A stretch of DNA of 64,000 bases from Mytilus edulis (Eukaryota), in contig NC_092353.1 in NCBI RefSeq assembly GCF_963676685.1, forward strand, positions 66,340,001 to 66,404,000. Reading direction: 5' to 3'. Shown here in pieces: positions 37,601 to 51,800 of this stretch. Under the pieces are notes generated by a model, which saw only the letters and a program-made list of their open reading frames with translations, had not been told where the DNA came from and made no database searches. Within the stretch, counting starts at the first letter, position 1, and every line of letters starts with the position of its first letter. A program made the position numbers and the translations under genes.

Positions 37601-40600
37601 TCTGAAATTTAATACTCCGATACTCGGTCATGATACTAGCAAGTACTCCAGTACTCGAATAAATCTTAAACGTCTATTGAAAAGTTTAGATTTTAGGTCA
37701 GATGTAATGTTTTTGTAAATACCTTTCATAAACATATTAACGAAAGACAAACGTACTACAAAATAACTTGATCCTCTGTTACGTGTATCAGTCCTTTATT
37801 TTTTGTGTCAATTAAACAATTAATTACTGACCGCCATTTCTACAAATAACCTATCATAATAGCAATTATTGTCTTTGTACCCATTCATGAACCAAATTAG
37901 AAAAATGCCAATAAACTGTAAATATTTGCATATAAAGTCTGAGGAAGTAGACAATATGTATCATCTGTTCCTGTTGAGGTGGTATTTTTCATATTAAAAC
38001 TTGTCCATTAATTTGTCAACAACAATATTGGACTTCAAATAACTTGTGCTTGTTCGTTTTGCTCAGTCTTAAGTTTTTTTGGTGGTTTTTTTTCCACTAT
38101 CATTTTGTATTTTTCCCTCTTATTTTAGCAATGGCGTTGTCAGTTTATTTTTAACTTATGGGTTTGAATGTCACTCTGTAGCCTCTCTAGATTTTATTGT
38201 AAATTAAACAATAATTAAGTTTCAAATAAAGAGTAATTACAATTTATTTAAACGTGCATTTCATACCAATAATGTTTACATCAAGTCTTAATTAATAAAC
38301 GAAGGTAAGTTTAAGCCTTGTGATGAGTTATTAATCTTTAAACATGTTGATCCGTGTACAAACACCGTAAAAAATGTCTCTAATAAGTAGGGTTCACCGC
38401 AAGGCACTTTTATTTTGTTACTGTTTAGAAATATGATCTGGTCAACAACTTCAGATGAAAGACTGTTTGACTTTCTATTTTTTGTTACAAGTAGTGCACA
38501 TGAAAACTTCCCCTCGTAAGGAACGGACTACTATATACAAGTAACAAATAGAAGTCTCAGGATAAGCATATTTAGGTTGTTAATAAATTTTAAGTAGTAT
38601 TACTAAGGAGATATTTCAACAGAACCAAAGTGAATGGAAATGTGAGGAGAAATATTTCAAGTTTTATAACAGGCAAACGAGGATTCAAGTACTAAAATTG
38701 TACTCCAGTACTCAGCCTTCTGAGCAAGTACCCGAGTACTTGAGTACTCGTAGCCATCCCTAATTATTACATAAATCCTGATAGTGTTTCTCAAAAGAAT
38801 ACCAATTACAATTAAAAAACATGATAAATGTTTTTACTAAGTACATCTACAATGCAATACAACATGTTTATGACTGTCAGGTTAATGCTTTTATATTAAA
38901 GAATGATTTAACATATGTCCTGGAATTGAATCGACATTATCACAAATACTAAGACACACATACTCTTAGTTAATATACAACTTTAGGTTTTTTTAACTTC
39001 ATTATGTCTTGTCAAAATTCATGAAAAATAACTTTTTTATACAAGTGAGAGGTTTTGATAGCCACACAACCAGGATTAATCCACTTTTTTTTATATTTGG
39101 AAATGCCTGTACCAAGGCAGGAATATGACAGTTGTTTTCTATTTGTTTGATATACTAATTTTGCCATTTGATTAAGGACTTTCCTTGTGAATTTGTTGTT
39201 GTTGTTGTTATTTTACTTTTTTTTCAAGAATTGTAAAATCACAACTGTAGTCTATTGCTCTATCTCATTATCCTTGAAAAAAACCTCTTACCTTTCATTT
39301 TCTTCCAGGCATAATGTTGCTTTTTCCTCTAAAGTCACAACTTTTTGTTTGGCATCACTTAAATCTTTAGGTCTTGATGTTCCTCTACTGGTCATCTGCT
39401 GGACTTGATCCCGAAGCATCCGACTATTTTGTGGTGTTTGTTTATCCAACAGTCTAGAAATATAGTTGTCATATTCCGTCTGAAATACATAATAAAATTG
39501 AGAAAGGAAATGGGGAATGTGTCAAAGCAACAACAACCTGACCATAGAGCAGACAACAGCCGAAGGCAACCATTGAGTCTTCAATGTAGCGAGAAACTCC
39601 CACACCCGGAGGCGTCCTTGAGCTGGCCATCTAAACAATCTTTTTGATGGAAATAAATATTTCAGTTGTTGATTATTTGATAAATCACAATGGTCCAGCA
39701 TGGAAAAAAAGATTTCAGCTGTTAAACAAATTTGGTTTTTTTTTGTGATTGTTTAATAAATCACAATGGTCAATAACTTTTAAACATATTGACAACTCTT
39801 TGATTTTTACCTCATTGTTTTTAATATATCATACGTACGGTTAACATTAACTCTGACAGACATGACTTATCTTTATTATTGATAATTATTTATAGTGACC
39901 CAGTGTTCTCCCCTGGGCCTTTTAACATCAGGGTAATGTGATACTATATTTTTTAATGTGATGCTATCTGAATTGGTTTTCTTATAGATTATGTTATGGA
40001 TGTGATGCTACATGTATAATTTATAGAAGCAAGGTGGTAATGCTGCTAAATGCAATTTCTGGGGAGAACACTGTAATCTGTAATATACCATTGATAATCA
40101 TTCTTGGAATGGATTTCTGTCAAACAAACATAGCAAGTCCAAGGGAAATGTCTGAAATCATGTTGTTTTGTGTTTTTCATTTAGATTTGGGTTGATTTTC
40201 ATTTGAATTGCCAGTACAGACTATAATATGGTAGAATCAGCAAGATAATTTACTACATTGTTTGATTATATGTCTAAACTACATGAATTAAAAACATCTG
40301 AACCCAATATTTTTCTGGTTCCTGTATGTGATGTAAGTTTTTTAATAATAGAGATACATGTAACATTTAACTTAACATATTACGTCTTTTTCCTTTCAAA
40401 TTAGTATTACTGTGGATTCTGAGTTATTCATTGGATACCATTTTTGGTGGATTTCGTGGGTACAGGTGAACCACTTATTAAAATGTTCAACGAAAAACAA
40501 ATTTTCCAAAGGCTTGTATGCATACATTGGCAAAACCTTGAAAATAAATGTCCACAAACTATCAAGTTTTCTCTATTTCACGAAAATTGGTACATACTGA

Positions 40601-41905
40601 CTCCTTGATGCTTTACCTTCTACATGATGATATATTTAAGAACAGAAATTATGTTTACTTACCTTAATACATCTCAGAACATAAGCAAAGGTAGCTGATT
40701 CTAGCAAGAGATCTTCATATATATTACTATACACTTGTAATTTATGAAAATTAGGTCCTGTATCAAATATATTTAAATTGTCTAATTCCTGAAAATATAA
40801 GTAAAAATTCTTGTGAGTTAAATACATGTAAAATTTCCTGATATATTATTTTTAGAATAAAACTTTAAAAGGAGACATAATTCCTATTCCTATAAAAGTA
40901 ATACACAAGTGCAATATAAGCCATTTAAAAGTTAAAACCTAGATACATGTATCATTCAGCTTACCAGGGAAGTAAAAATGTCAATAAAATAAATCTTAGA
41001 GAAGCATTTCTAACCTTGTGAAATGAAATATAATTATATATATAGCTATAGCAACTTGTTGTTTTACAATGTATATTATTCATGTTGTAAAAACAAGATT
41101 TTTTCTATTATTTTATTATAATGCATGTTATAAACACTTAAACTTATATTAGTATGTAAAGAATATATACCAGTTTCAACTTTTTTTCTAGATGCTCCAC
41201 TGCTTTCACTCCAGTTAACACATTTTGCTCAGATGAATCTTGTTTCCTCAGCACACCACTTTCAAACTGCTTCATTTTCTGAAATTGATCTTTCTTTGTT
41301 ACACCCGTGTGGTGTGTAGGTAAAAATGTATGTCTAAATGTCAGATATCCATCATTATCAAGTCTTTCTGTTAACTCTTCCATCACATCATAGTCTGCAG
41401 GAGGAGGACTTTTCTTTGTTAGTGGAGCCATAAAAGGGTGGGGTAACATCATTTCTTCTGCTTTAAGCTCTTCCACTAGCACACCATCATTTAACTCACT
41501 ATAAATAGATTTACGAGATACAGGACTAATATCCTTTCTAGTAGAAACAGGTCTAGAGTCATGATATTCTTTTGTGTACTCTTTTTTGTTTGGTGAGGAC
41601 TTTTTGTTAGGTATTGGAAGACTTCCTGAGGTACCAACACTAAAGTCATAAAGAACATTTAAAACATTCTTCATCTTCTTTCCCTCAGTATTATTTGTTT
41701 CTCTAGAAACAGCTGACCTTGGACTAGAACTTGTATCTTTGCCAGCTGTCCATTTTGCACTAGCCCACTCAGAAGGAGGCTTATATAATAGCGATTCATT
41801 CAAATGTCCCCCAGCAAATTGTGCAATATCTTTTTTCTGTTTAACCTCTGCATCATTTAGCAAACCTCTGAGTTGTCTGTGGGATGTAAACTTATATGCT
41901 GCCAT
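34686..41905 (-). CDS. C6orf118: C6orf118-like protein, 505 aa, 7 coding exons
   Basis: Exons 41905-41171, 40788-40663, 39479-39292, 37291-37236, 36301-36111, 35760-35645, 34791-34686; GT-AG, phases consistent, 1518 nt. Motifs GHLN..LYKPP, FLP....GVTKKDQF..M.QFE..VL.KQD, L.VY..I.ED...S..F...L..IK.EY..Y recall vertebrate C6orf118. Confidence 0.85.
37365..37540. repeat. Degenerate ~40-bp minisatellite, about 4-5 copies
   Basis: Repeated gtagaaa(c/t)ttaaa..ccatagaa..catctgaaa units. Confidence 0.65.
37585..38762. mobile_element. hAT-type non-autonomous element with 8-bp TSD
   Basis: TAGGAATG...CATCCCTA ends. TSD attattac at 37577-37584 and 38763-38770. Subterminal agtactc repeats. Confidence 0.8.
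39901..40073. mobile_element. Small TIR element (CAGTGTTCTCCCC ends)
   Basis: cagtgttctcccc ... ggggagaacactg. No clear TSD. Confidence 0.6.
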
Positions 41906-42581
41906 CTTTTATAATACTTTCTGCAAAATAAAAGTACAAATGATTAAAATTTTTAAAAGTTCCTCAAGCGCTGAATGCAATTACCATATATATTAAAAAG
42001 ATATGATAAAGAAATGATTTTTATCAAATTTATCGTATTACCTAGTTTAGTTACATTCTTTTTCAAATTCAATTGCTTAGATACTGATCAAAATAGTCCT
42101 TATTCATGGGTATCAGGTCTGTTCGCTCTGCTTACTTTTTCAAAAAATATTAATAGTACAGTTAAGAGATTACGGTTATTAAAGTTCAATAATAATATAA
42201 ATGTTGATAAACTAGTAAGCCTGGATTGAGTAAAAAAACAATCATGTACAAATTTTAAAACATGAAAAGGATTCAGACATTCATTTATTATTATACTGGA
42301 TAAATTGTTAAAAAATATAGTCATAAATACATTGTCATTCTTGTATTCTACTATGTAGATCAAAGGAAATTAATTATTTGGTTGCAGCAATACAAATATT
42401 TGGCGATCTTTTTTTTTATTGAACTCTGTTCAAATATTGAACTTTCTGCAATTAAACAACAATGCATAAAAAATAAAATTAGGGCAAATGAACTCTGGGC
42501 AAACAGGTACCAAGGAGAACACGAATCAGGGCAAATGTTATCATGCTGTATACTGAATGTCTTGTTTTCATTTTTTTTTAA

Positions 42582-42876
42582 CCCTCTTGCTGCCGACCGT
42601 TTTTCAAGGTTGCATTTCATATGCCGGAAAATACAACAGCTCAACGTCTGTGACGTAACATGCCAAACAACAATGTCATTCGATATATGACGTCACGACA
42701 AAATGACCACTACATTTGGGACCAATTGGAGAAAAACATAACCCTGTTTATTCTTCCGTATTTTAATTGAAAGAGATACAGCATTGATAAGAAGCTTGCA
42801 TAAATTTATCCATGGACATATGTGTCCCTCCGGCACTGCCGGTTTGGACATATGTGTCCCTCTGGCAGCAAGAGGG
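42582..42876. mobile_element. piggyBac-type MITE
   Basis: TTAA|CCCTCTTGCTGCC ... GGCAGCAAGAGGG|TTAA; internal duplicated ggacatatgtgtccctc. Confidence 0.9.
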
Positions 42877-43453
42877 TTAAATTGTGTAAATGAAACACGA
42901 AATTCAATCCTCATAAACAGGTTTGGCAGAATGACCCATGAAACTTTCTCATATTGTTAAACTCCATGTTAAAATACTATTTTTCTACTAGTTATCTCAG
43001 CTGGACCTTGGCTTGGAATTTTCTAGGTCTTGTTTTCAATCTGAATTGCCTAAATTGGTATTGTTTTGTATACTTGGGATTTATGGTTTGTTTTTCTTGT
43101 TTATCTGCTTTTCATTTGGTTATTTACGACATGTTGTTTTGATTTGTTACCAATTATTGCGTTGGAAATTATGCTATGCAGTAGATTTTTTGGATGTTGC
43201 TTTTTGAGAGTGTTTCAAAGTTCATCGACTCATTTTATTTTGATCATGTTATCTTCGGTGGCTTTCGAGCGAACTAAATATTATTGCTGCATAAAAGCAT
43301 CCAAGCCTTCCCCCAAAAAGTAAAATAGTCATCCGCTGATACTATAAAATAACAAAGAAGCAAGGACGTATAACTAACTAACGTCCTTGAAAGAAGGTAT
43401 CATTTAAAAATATTACGATGGCAAGTCACGTAAAGTCAGCCATCTTGTTTGAA

Positions 43454-43467
43454 GTTGTTATGACGAC
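43454..43467. promoter_or_regulatory. Candidate RFX X-box upstream of C6orf118
   Basis: GTTGTTATGACGAC; its reverse complement GTCGTC-AT-AACAAC fits RYYNYY-N2-RRNRAC. YY1-like AAGATGGC adjacent. About 1.5 kb upstream of the first coding exon, which begins with a splice acceptor. Confidence 0.35.
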
Positions 43468-44919
43468 ATTGAAGAGCTAAAATCAGGGGACATAATCGCT
43501 GTTGTATTTTTTTTGCTCACCTGGTGTAAAGACCCAGTCACTTAGTGTTCCTCGTTTGTCAGTCCTTTTTAAAAAAAAATTTTCACGTCAGTCCTTTCTT
43601 ATTTTCTCTTCTTTAAACCACGACCAACGTAACAAAAATTATCACCAACACATACAAGCACATATAAAATGCATGCTTAAGTATATTACTTAACCTCCTT
43701 TCATAAGGAGCACCACCATGAGTTATGGTGTAAAGGATGACATTTAACACTGTATTGGCACAGATTTAATGTGAGCATTTGCCTGCCAAGTTCCCCAGCC
43801 AGGCCGTGACAGTAATTACTTCCAAAAAGTTAACTTTCCTCAAAAAATGAATAAATACTATGCAATAAAACACTAACCTTATTCGCTTATCCTCAAAGTA
43901 TAAAATTGTGAAATAATACAAGATATGATAAAAGGTCACACAGGCGCAGCACAGATGCCATGGCAATGAACAGGAAACCAGTTCGGACATACTTTAACAG
44001 ATTCCAAAACAATACTGCTCAATGTCCACCTGTATTCCTGGTAGAGTTCTCAGTTCAAAATTACACCAGATGGTGGTCTGAACTGTATATGGAAGAAGAA
44101 GTCTGAAGAAGAAAGCTGAAAATATGATAAAGGATCTCAGAAAGAAACCACCAATCGATTAGGGGGACAGCTAAAACCCTCAAACATCAAATATAGATTG
44201 GTCTGATAGTTTCCAACATGAAACTACTGATGGATCCCTTCTGACCACATGTCTCAAACAAACCTGAAAATATCTGCAGAAATTTACCTCAACCAAAAAA
44301 AACCCAAACCAAAACATAAAATATACACTGTAAGGATAAAAATAAATATCCATGAAACCAATTTGACAAATTTTAATGATGTTAAAATATTTTCTCAAGA
44401 ACCATAAAAGTGATTGTTCCCAAATTTGTACTGGATCTGAGTTTTGTCGTTATAAACATTGTATAAAATTCATAACATTTGTTGAAGCAAACTCAAGTCA
44501 AAGAAGGTTAACAAAAAAATCATCAATGGCATTATGGCTGAATTTTTCCATTATAAAAGGACATAACTTTTAAATGGTAAAAGTGACGCCACCTAAATTC
44601 AAACTTGATCTGAGTTTTGTGGTAATAAGCATTGTGCATTCGATTAATAACATTTGTTTGAAGCAAACTTAAAAGTTAAAGAATAGAGAGAGAAAAATTG
44701 TAAATGGCATAACTTTAGGAAGGGGAAAAATTCAAACTTGATCTGTGTTTTGTCGCAATGCATTACATTTAGTTTAGGCAAACTGAAGTTTATAAAGAGA
44801 ATGAAAACAAAAAATTCATCAATTTTCCATTTGTACCATTGTGTACAAGTTTCATAACATTTGGTTGAGGCGAGCTAAAGTAAGAGAATGGAAACCAATT
44901 TTAGAATGTACAGGCATAT

Positions 44920-45280
44920 ACCACTGTCCCAGGTTAGGGGGAGGGTTGGGATCCTGCTAACATGTTTAACCCCACCACATTATTTAAGTATGTACCTGTC
45001 CCAAGTCAGGAGCCTGTAATTCAGTGGTTGTTGTTTCTTTATGTGTTACATATTTGTTTTTCGTTCATTTTTTTTATATAAATAAGGCCGTTAGTTTCGT
45101 TTGAATTGTTTTACATTGTCTTATCGGGCCTTTAATAGCTGACTATGCGGTATAGGCTTTGCTCATTGTTGAAGGTCGTACGGTGACCTATAGTTGTTAA
45201 TGTCTGTGTCATTTTGGTCTCTTATGGACAGTTATCTCATTGGCAATCATAGTTTATTTATCATACCACATTTTTTTTAT
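44920..45280 (+). mobile_element. Longest copy of an abundant SINE-like interspersed repeat
   Basis: Shared cores gaaggccgtacggtgacctatagttgtt and gtctcattggcaatcataccacatctt. Related pieces near 10005, 12130-12390, 13670, 27370-27760, 36440, 46230, 49430 and 55870. Family not identified. Confidence 0.6.
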
Positions 45281-45737
45281 ATAGCAATAGCAAGGAAATA
45301 CCTCAGAAAGATAGAAATCACCGTTTCAGGGACAATAACTCCAAAATTGGTTCACAGAGTTTCTGGGTAGATAGAATTTGTTGTTCTGACTATTTTCACC
45401 ATGTCAGTTTTCTTTCTATAATTGCTATGGTTTTAGAGTTATCAGCTAAAATTGTTGTTTGATCAATGTGTTTTATTTTCACACATGGCAGCCATGTTGG
45501 TTGATCAATCTGAACAAAAATCTTTATATTAGAAATCAAACTGATGGAGCAGACAATCCATATAGCAGTTTCAGAGGAGATATTAAAAAAATCCCAGCTG
45601 TGTTGGAAAAGTCTATGGAAGAAAGTTAAATCCACTTTAGTCAATTGTTCTTTAATTTTGTCAAAATAACTTGACAGCACAAACAATTATAATGTAACAA
45701 AGTTTTTGTTCATGCCATCACATAATGCAATCTGCAT

Positions 45738-45857
45738 TAGCTGCGGAACCGTAGCTCTTAGGTCCTTATGTTATTTTTTGACTATTTGCGGACGATCTAT
45801 GGTCCACAAATAGTAAAAAAATAACATAAGGACCTAAGAGCTACGGTTCCGCAGCTA
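45738..45857. mobile_element. 120-bp palindromic MITE (TAG...CTA) with 9-bp TSD
   Basis: tagctgcggaaccgtagctc...gagctacggttccgcagcta. TSD aatctgcat at 45729-45737 and 45858-45866. Confidence 0.92.
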
Positions 45858-48800
45858 AATCTGCATATAATACAGAAAATATAACAATGTTTTCTATATA
45901 TAAAATAATGGCTACACAATAACACAAAACTCCAAATTTGAGCACTCAATATTAGTGTAGTAATAAATAAAAAGGTTCAACAAAGCAACAATAAATTCAC
46001 CCTGATGATATGTCATACACTCTACACAGTAGAATGACCTTTGATTTTTTTCTAAGAATTCATTTTACCTTGCATCAATAAATAAAACATTTTAAAGAGA
46101 ACAATCACTATTGCTATTTATATATAATGTGCTATGATAATTAAATATCATCAAAAACTACCTCGACCAAAAACTTTAGCGGGACAGACCAATGAATGAA
46201 CAGATGGACAAACCAGAAAACATAATAGATATAGGAAGATGTGGTGTGAGTGCCAATGAGACAACTCTCCATCCAAATAACAATTTATAAAAGTAAACCA
46301 TTATACATGTAGGTCAATGTACCGCATAATGCCCATAAATGGTGTATAATTTATAGAAATTTGAAATCATAAGGAAAAATATCATGTACTGAGGGTAAAA
46401 TTTATTATGACAGTATGCCGAAGTGTCACAAAATATTGGAACCATTTTATGAATTCAAATTAGGTTTAACTAAACTTTGTATATATCCTTCAAAACAGTA
46501 TTTGATAAATTGCAATGAATTAATCAATTAAGTGTAAACTAATTAATCAGATAACTCCTTTAGGAGTTTATTAAAACAATGAGCAAAGTATACTAATATA
46601 ATCTATTGTCATGACACTTTATATCCTAAAAGAAGCAATTAAAAGTGTATTTTATTTCATTTTGATTTTCACATGTACTATTTAACAAAACCATGTACAG
46701 GAATCACCATGGCTAAATAATTTGACTTTATTGTTGTTAATGTCGAAAATTCACTTTTAAATAGATTGAATTTAGCTATTTCAATATATTATTTCTAGTA
46801 ACGAAGGTATTGAAGATTGAAAATATTTGCTATACATCAACAAAAATGTAACTGCTCGTTGAATGTTTGGTAGATAGAAACATGTAGTTAACACAAAATA
46901 CAAATACCCTTGGAACAAAATACACAACAAAAGAAAGAAAATCTAAACAAAGTTTACCTCCAACCTGACAGTATAAAGCAATCTTTATCATTCACTGTCT
47001 ATGAAGTCTTTCAGATTGATTATCTCCCACTAATACACAAAGTAAAACCTGTTGTTACCTCAACCCTGACAGTATAACAGTCATTTTGTTCACCACCTAT
47101 GTAGACTTTTGGATTGATTATCTCCCCTTAGCACACAGATTAAAACCTGTTGTCACCTTATAGATTTAAATTGTCTAAACCTAGATTTTTTTTTATCTGA
47201 AATCCCCTAGATCTATTATTGGTAACAATTAAACCGGCTTGCACTCTCATTGTTATACTAGGACACATTACCACGTCAGATGTGTGAACCCAATACAAAG
47301 CAACATGTGAAATAACTAGGCATTACTTACTTATTTTCAGGTGTAAGCTACAATCTATAGATTAACATTAAAAAACAATAACAAATCAGCAGCTTGGAAG
47401 TTATAGTGATTCCTATCAGGAAAACTATATAGTATAATGCATGTATAGGTGTTTAGTTAATTTAGAACATTTTTATTTCTAGGTAATACCACTGCAGTAT
47501 TTTTAGGTAGTACGACTGCAGTATTTTTGCAGATGCTATACCAGTGATAGTACATATAATTTTTGTTTATTAAGAAGCTTATGTGTCTACTTCTATATAC
47601 ATCTTTACTATGTCTCTGTCTGGAATGTTCTGAATTCTAGCTTGCAAATATGGATTGAATTTTTATGCACTCACATTAATATAATATCTTACTGTAGATT
47701 TTTTTGTGTGTAAACAAAGCATTTTTTCTTGTCCATGCAGTAGGAATTTTTCATGGATGTTGTTGGCTTAAGTGAACCAAAAATTTAAGTCAGCATACAA
47801 ATTTTGTTTCAACTTGCATGCAGAATGTCTTAAACACAAATGAAATCAACTAAACACAATTTTTTAACAATCCAGAAGGCCACACTTCAAAATATTTTAG
47901 TTTGTACAAACCCTACCTCAAGGTTGAAACAGTGGGTAGGTAGGTACGCATTTTCTTATCTTTTTCGACAAAGAGAAATTAAACCGTGCAATGTTTTTTA
48001 GTCTCCATACCTTTCTGATTAAAAAAAATCTATCTTCATATTTAAGTGATACCAATTGTTGATGGTATAATTTTAATTTTAGAATTTTTATCAAAATCAA
48101 TACCCTGAATCACCTTGCTACCTTTGAGCAATTGATAAATTAGGTGTTATAAATTTGGAACATAACTCTGTTTCAAACCTATGTGAAAATACTAGAGAGA
48201 ACACTGAATATGACTAAACCTTTCTCGTCTAATGTGTTCATGGCAAGTTAAGGTTAAATGAGATTCCAATTTAATTTTAGAATATAATACTATGTTTTGG
48301 AATTTCATTTTCTATGAAAATGAATCTTTAAGTTTGTATATCACAGGTAAAAATATAACATTATGCCATACATTTTAAAATATAGGTCATTACAATGTAA
48401 AGATATTTAATATTTCACTATTATAGTCCTTTTTCAGAAACTCATTCCAGATTCATGTATTTTAATCTTAAACTAAAATTTGAAGCTAGTTATGCACTGA
48501 ACTAAACAAATATTCATACCAGTACACATTTAAACAAGAAAAAAAATTGTATTCCATAGTTATATCAAAATCAGATTCCGACTTTCAGAAGTGAGTTTCA
48601 AGAAAGCTCTATATATTTAAAACAACAGTAACATTTTCATAACAATATATCATATTACATTGTAATTAAAAATTCTCTGGTTATCAATTTGAACTTTCAT
48701 TTTTTTTCATTAAAACCGTACAACAATTTTTAAACATATTGTTTCTGCGTATTTAGAGATCATGCCTTTTTTTCAATCAGCCTAAAAATCAAAATCAAGT

Positions 48801-48859
48801 TTATCAACAAGCAAATTTGTTCAAATTTGTTAAAATTTTATAAACTTCTGTCATAAGGT

Positions 48860-51800
48860 TTATAATGTAGGCTTTATATGTGGTACTGGTTCTTTAGGGA
48901 GGGAATATTTTTTGTCAAATTCCTGGACTTCTTTTTCCGCCTGACTTTGTGTGAGGTGATCTAACGGTATTGGATGAATCTCTGGGTATCTTTCAGGATG
49001 ATGGTGAATTTCTTCTTCCACAACTTCAATATGATGTTTCTTCCTCTCTGATACTGGGGTAAAATAACTGAAGAATATTAAATATTTAAAAATATGATGG
49101 TTATGGACATATAATAACTGGAGGCTCTAAAGAATCTGTGTCGATCACATTGGTATATATGCATATTTAAAAAAGGACTTTTTCCAATATTGTAGATGGA
49201 TGAGAAAAGAGTAAATGACAAAAATCTCTGTTTTGTTTGTCTTTTATTGCAGATCATTTAGTGTGTTTAGTTTCTATCTTTTTTAGTTTTTGCTCAAAAC
49301 ACATAAGAGGGTCAAAAATATTTTGGGCAATCACTCTTATAAAGAGTGACGTCTTCTACTAGTAACTTTCTTGGCAAAATTTGGTGTGTTAGTAAATCTT
49401 GCCTTGCGGATCATTTTTGTGATTTAAAGTAGATATAGGAAGATGTGGTGTGAGTGCCAATGAGACAACTCTCCATCCAAATAACAATTTAAAAAAAAGT
49501 AAACCATTATAGGTCAAAGTGTCTATTTTACTATTTAAATTTTTATTATATATGGCAAAATTTTTTAAAAATTTGTAAGGGTTCTGTGGAACCCAGTGTC
49601 TTGACTACTTGAATCTAATAAAGGTTTTAAGAACTTTAACTGCAGACTGTATGTAATGTGAACTGGAAGAAAAATGAAGTCCTATAAGTATTTATATGTA
49701 ACATACAGAAAAACTGGAAATATATTTTTTACAAAATTTCCTTCAAGATACTAGCAGAAAAACCAAGTCCATTCATAAGTAAAAATACTTAGAATTTTTT
49801 TTTTACAAAATTTAGTCCTGGAGACTAAAATACACACTAAACAAAGCTACATATTATGGAGCCCATGTCCTGTTATTACAGTATATGGTATCTTTGATGA
49901 GTTTATTTACAACCACTGGGTCGATGCCACTGCTGGTGGAGATTTATTTCCCCAAGGGTATCACAAGCCCAGTAGTCAGCACATTTTGTGCTGACATGAA
50001 TTATCATTGATATTGTTATATTTATAAATTAACTGTTTACAAAATTTAGAATTTTTTGAAATACTAAGGCTTTTCTACCTCAGGCATAGATTACCTTAGC
50101 TGTATTTGGCAACACTTTTAGGATTTTTTTTGGATTCGAGCGTCACTGATGAGTCTTTTGTAGACGAAACGCGTGTCTGGCGTATATATAAAATTTAGTC
50201 CTGGTATCTTTGATGAGTTTATTTATTGATTGTTTCAGACTTTTAATAATTTGGATGATGTTTTTCATTGTTATAAATCAAATATGATATAAGCCAAATC
50301 GGTGAACATGAATTTGACAGCTAGTGCCCCTTTAACATTGACCAATCAAATTCTATGATGAACATTTTTTGGCAGTATTTTTTTTTGGTATCCCAGATTT
50401 CTGTTGTTCCTTTAATAGACATTTCAAAAAAAAACTAGGTTTTGCACCAGAAATGATGGCATATAGATAATGATATTGTATTTATCGACTAAGCACAGCA
50501 CAGCAAGACCCCTGATACAGGATGAGTGATGCTATCCTTAGTAGTTGTCAAAAAGACAGTAGAAATTCTATCTGACAGCAACAAATAGTTTTACACACAT
50601 ATCTGAACTGCTTTATTCCAAATAGGATGGAAACACCCATGAATATTAAATGAAACCTCTAAGTGTCACTTTTCCTTAAATATCCAGATAAACACTATAA
50701 CACACAATGTAAAATGTTAACTTACTGATAATGGATTACTCTTCCACCTTGCATCATTTGAGCGGAAAAGTTGGTTATATGACAGGCAAACAACAACATA
50801 TTACGAGGCTGTACTCTAATAGCAAATCTCATGAATAATGAGGAATAAATTGCAAGTGCTACAAAATAAATAGGCAAAAGTATTAAAAAATTATCAGTTA
50901 TACCGTGAAATCTCAAAACATACCTATAGCTATTCTTTAATTTTTGTGTCTTTTGTATAATTCGACATTTAGTATGACGTCTATTATCACTGAACTAGTA
51001 TACATATTTGTTTAGGGGCCAGCTGAAGCCATCCTCCGGGTAATGGAGTTTCTTGCTGCATTGAAGACCCATTGGTGGCCTTCTACTGTTATCTGCTCTA
51101 TGGTCAAGTTGTTGTTTCTTTGACACATTCCCCCATTTCCATTTTCAATTTTATTTAGTGTAATTATGTTAGTTCAGTAACACTAGCATAGACTGCAGAC
51201 ATAATATTAATATTCTTAGCTCAAATCAAAGACTGAACATTTCTCCTCAAGAGACAACAATCACAAAGGTGCATGAGAAGAATCTCAATCTCTTTTTTCT
51301 GGTATTTTCATGTTTGTCCTATGCTGGAAGATAAATGGTCATTTCAGCATAGTAAAAAATGTTATTGTGTGTTGTCATTACAATACGAAATTCATAAAAC
51401 GGTCACCATTTGTCTTAATTTCCAAGCTTATAACAAGTTTTAACTTTATTTCCAAACATCTAAATAATCTCTTCAAACACTATTTTTAAGAAAATAATCC
51501 AAAATGCCACTGTCCAAAATAAAATGATAAACCATCATTTAAAATAATTCTAATTTTTAAAGAAATGAAGTCTCTGCAAGGTTTACCTGATTGACTGTTT
51601 TGGCTATTCCATTCAGGAGCATATTGGTGTGTAGCATTTATGTAGTCTTTTGCCTTCAATAGTTATTGCTTTGAAGGTTTATAATCCTTTTCAAATTGAA
51701 AAGTTCTTGGAACACAGCTTGATTTTTATATAATTGCTACATTGACATTTCAGTAAAATTAGAGAATAAAATCCACATCTATGAATTCTTCAAAATCTGA

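Noticed and set aside
43935-44300. Coding-like, less AT-rich segment
   Set aside because: Only short ORFs with stops and no recognisable homology; would need tBLASTx.
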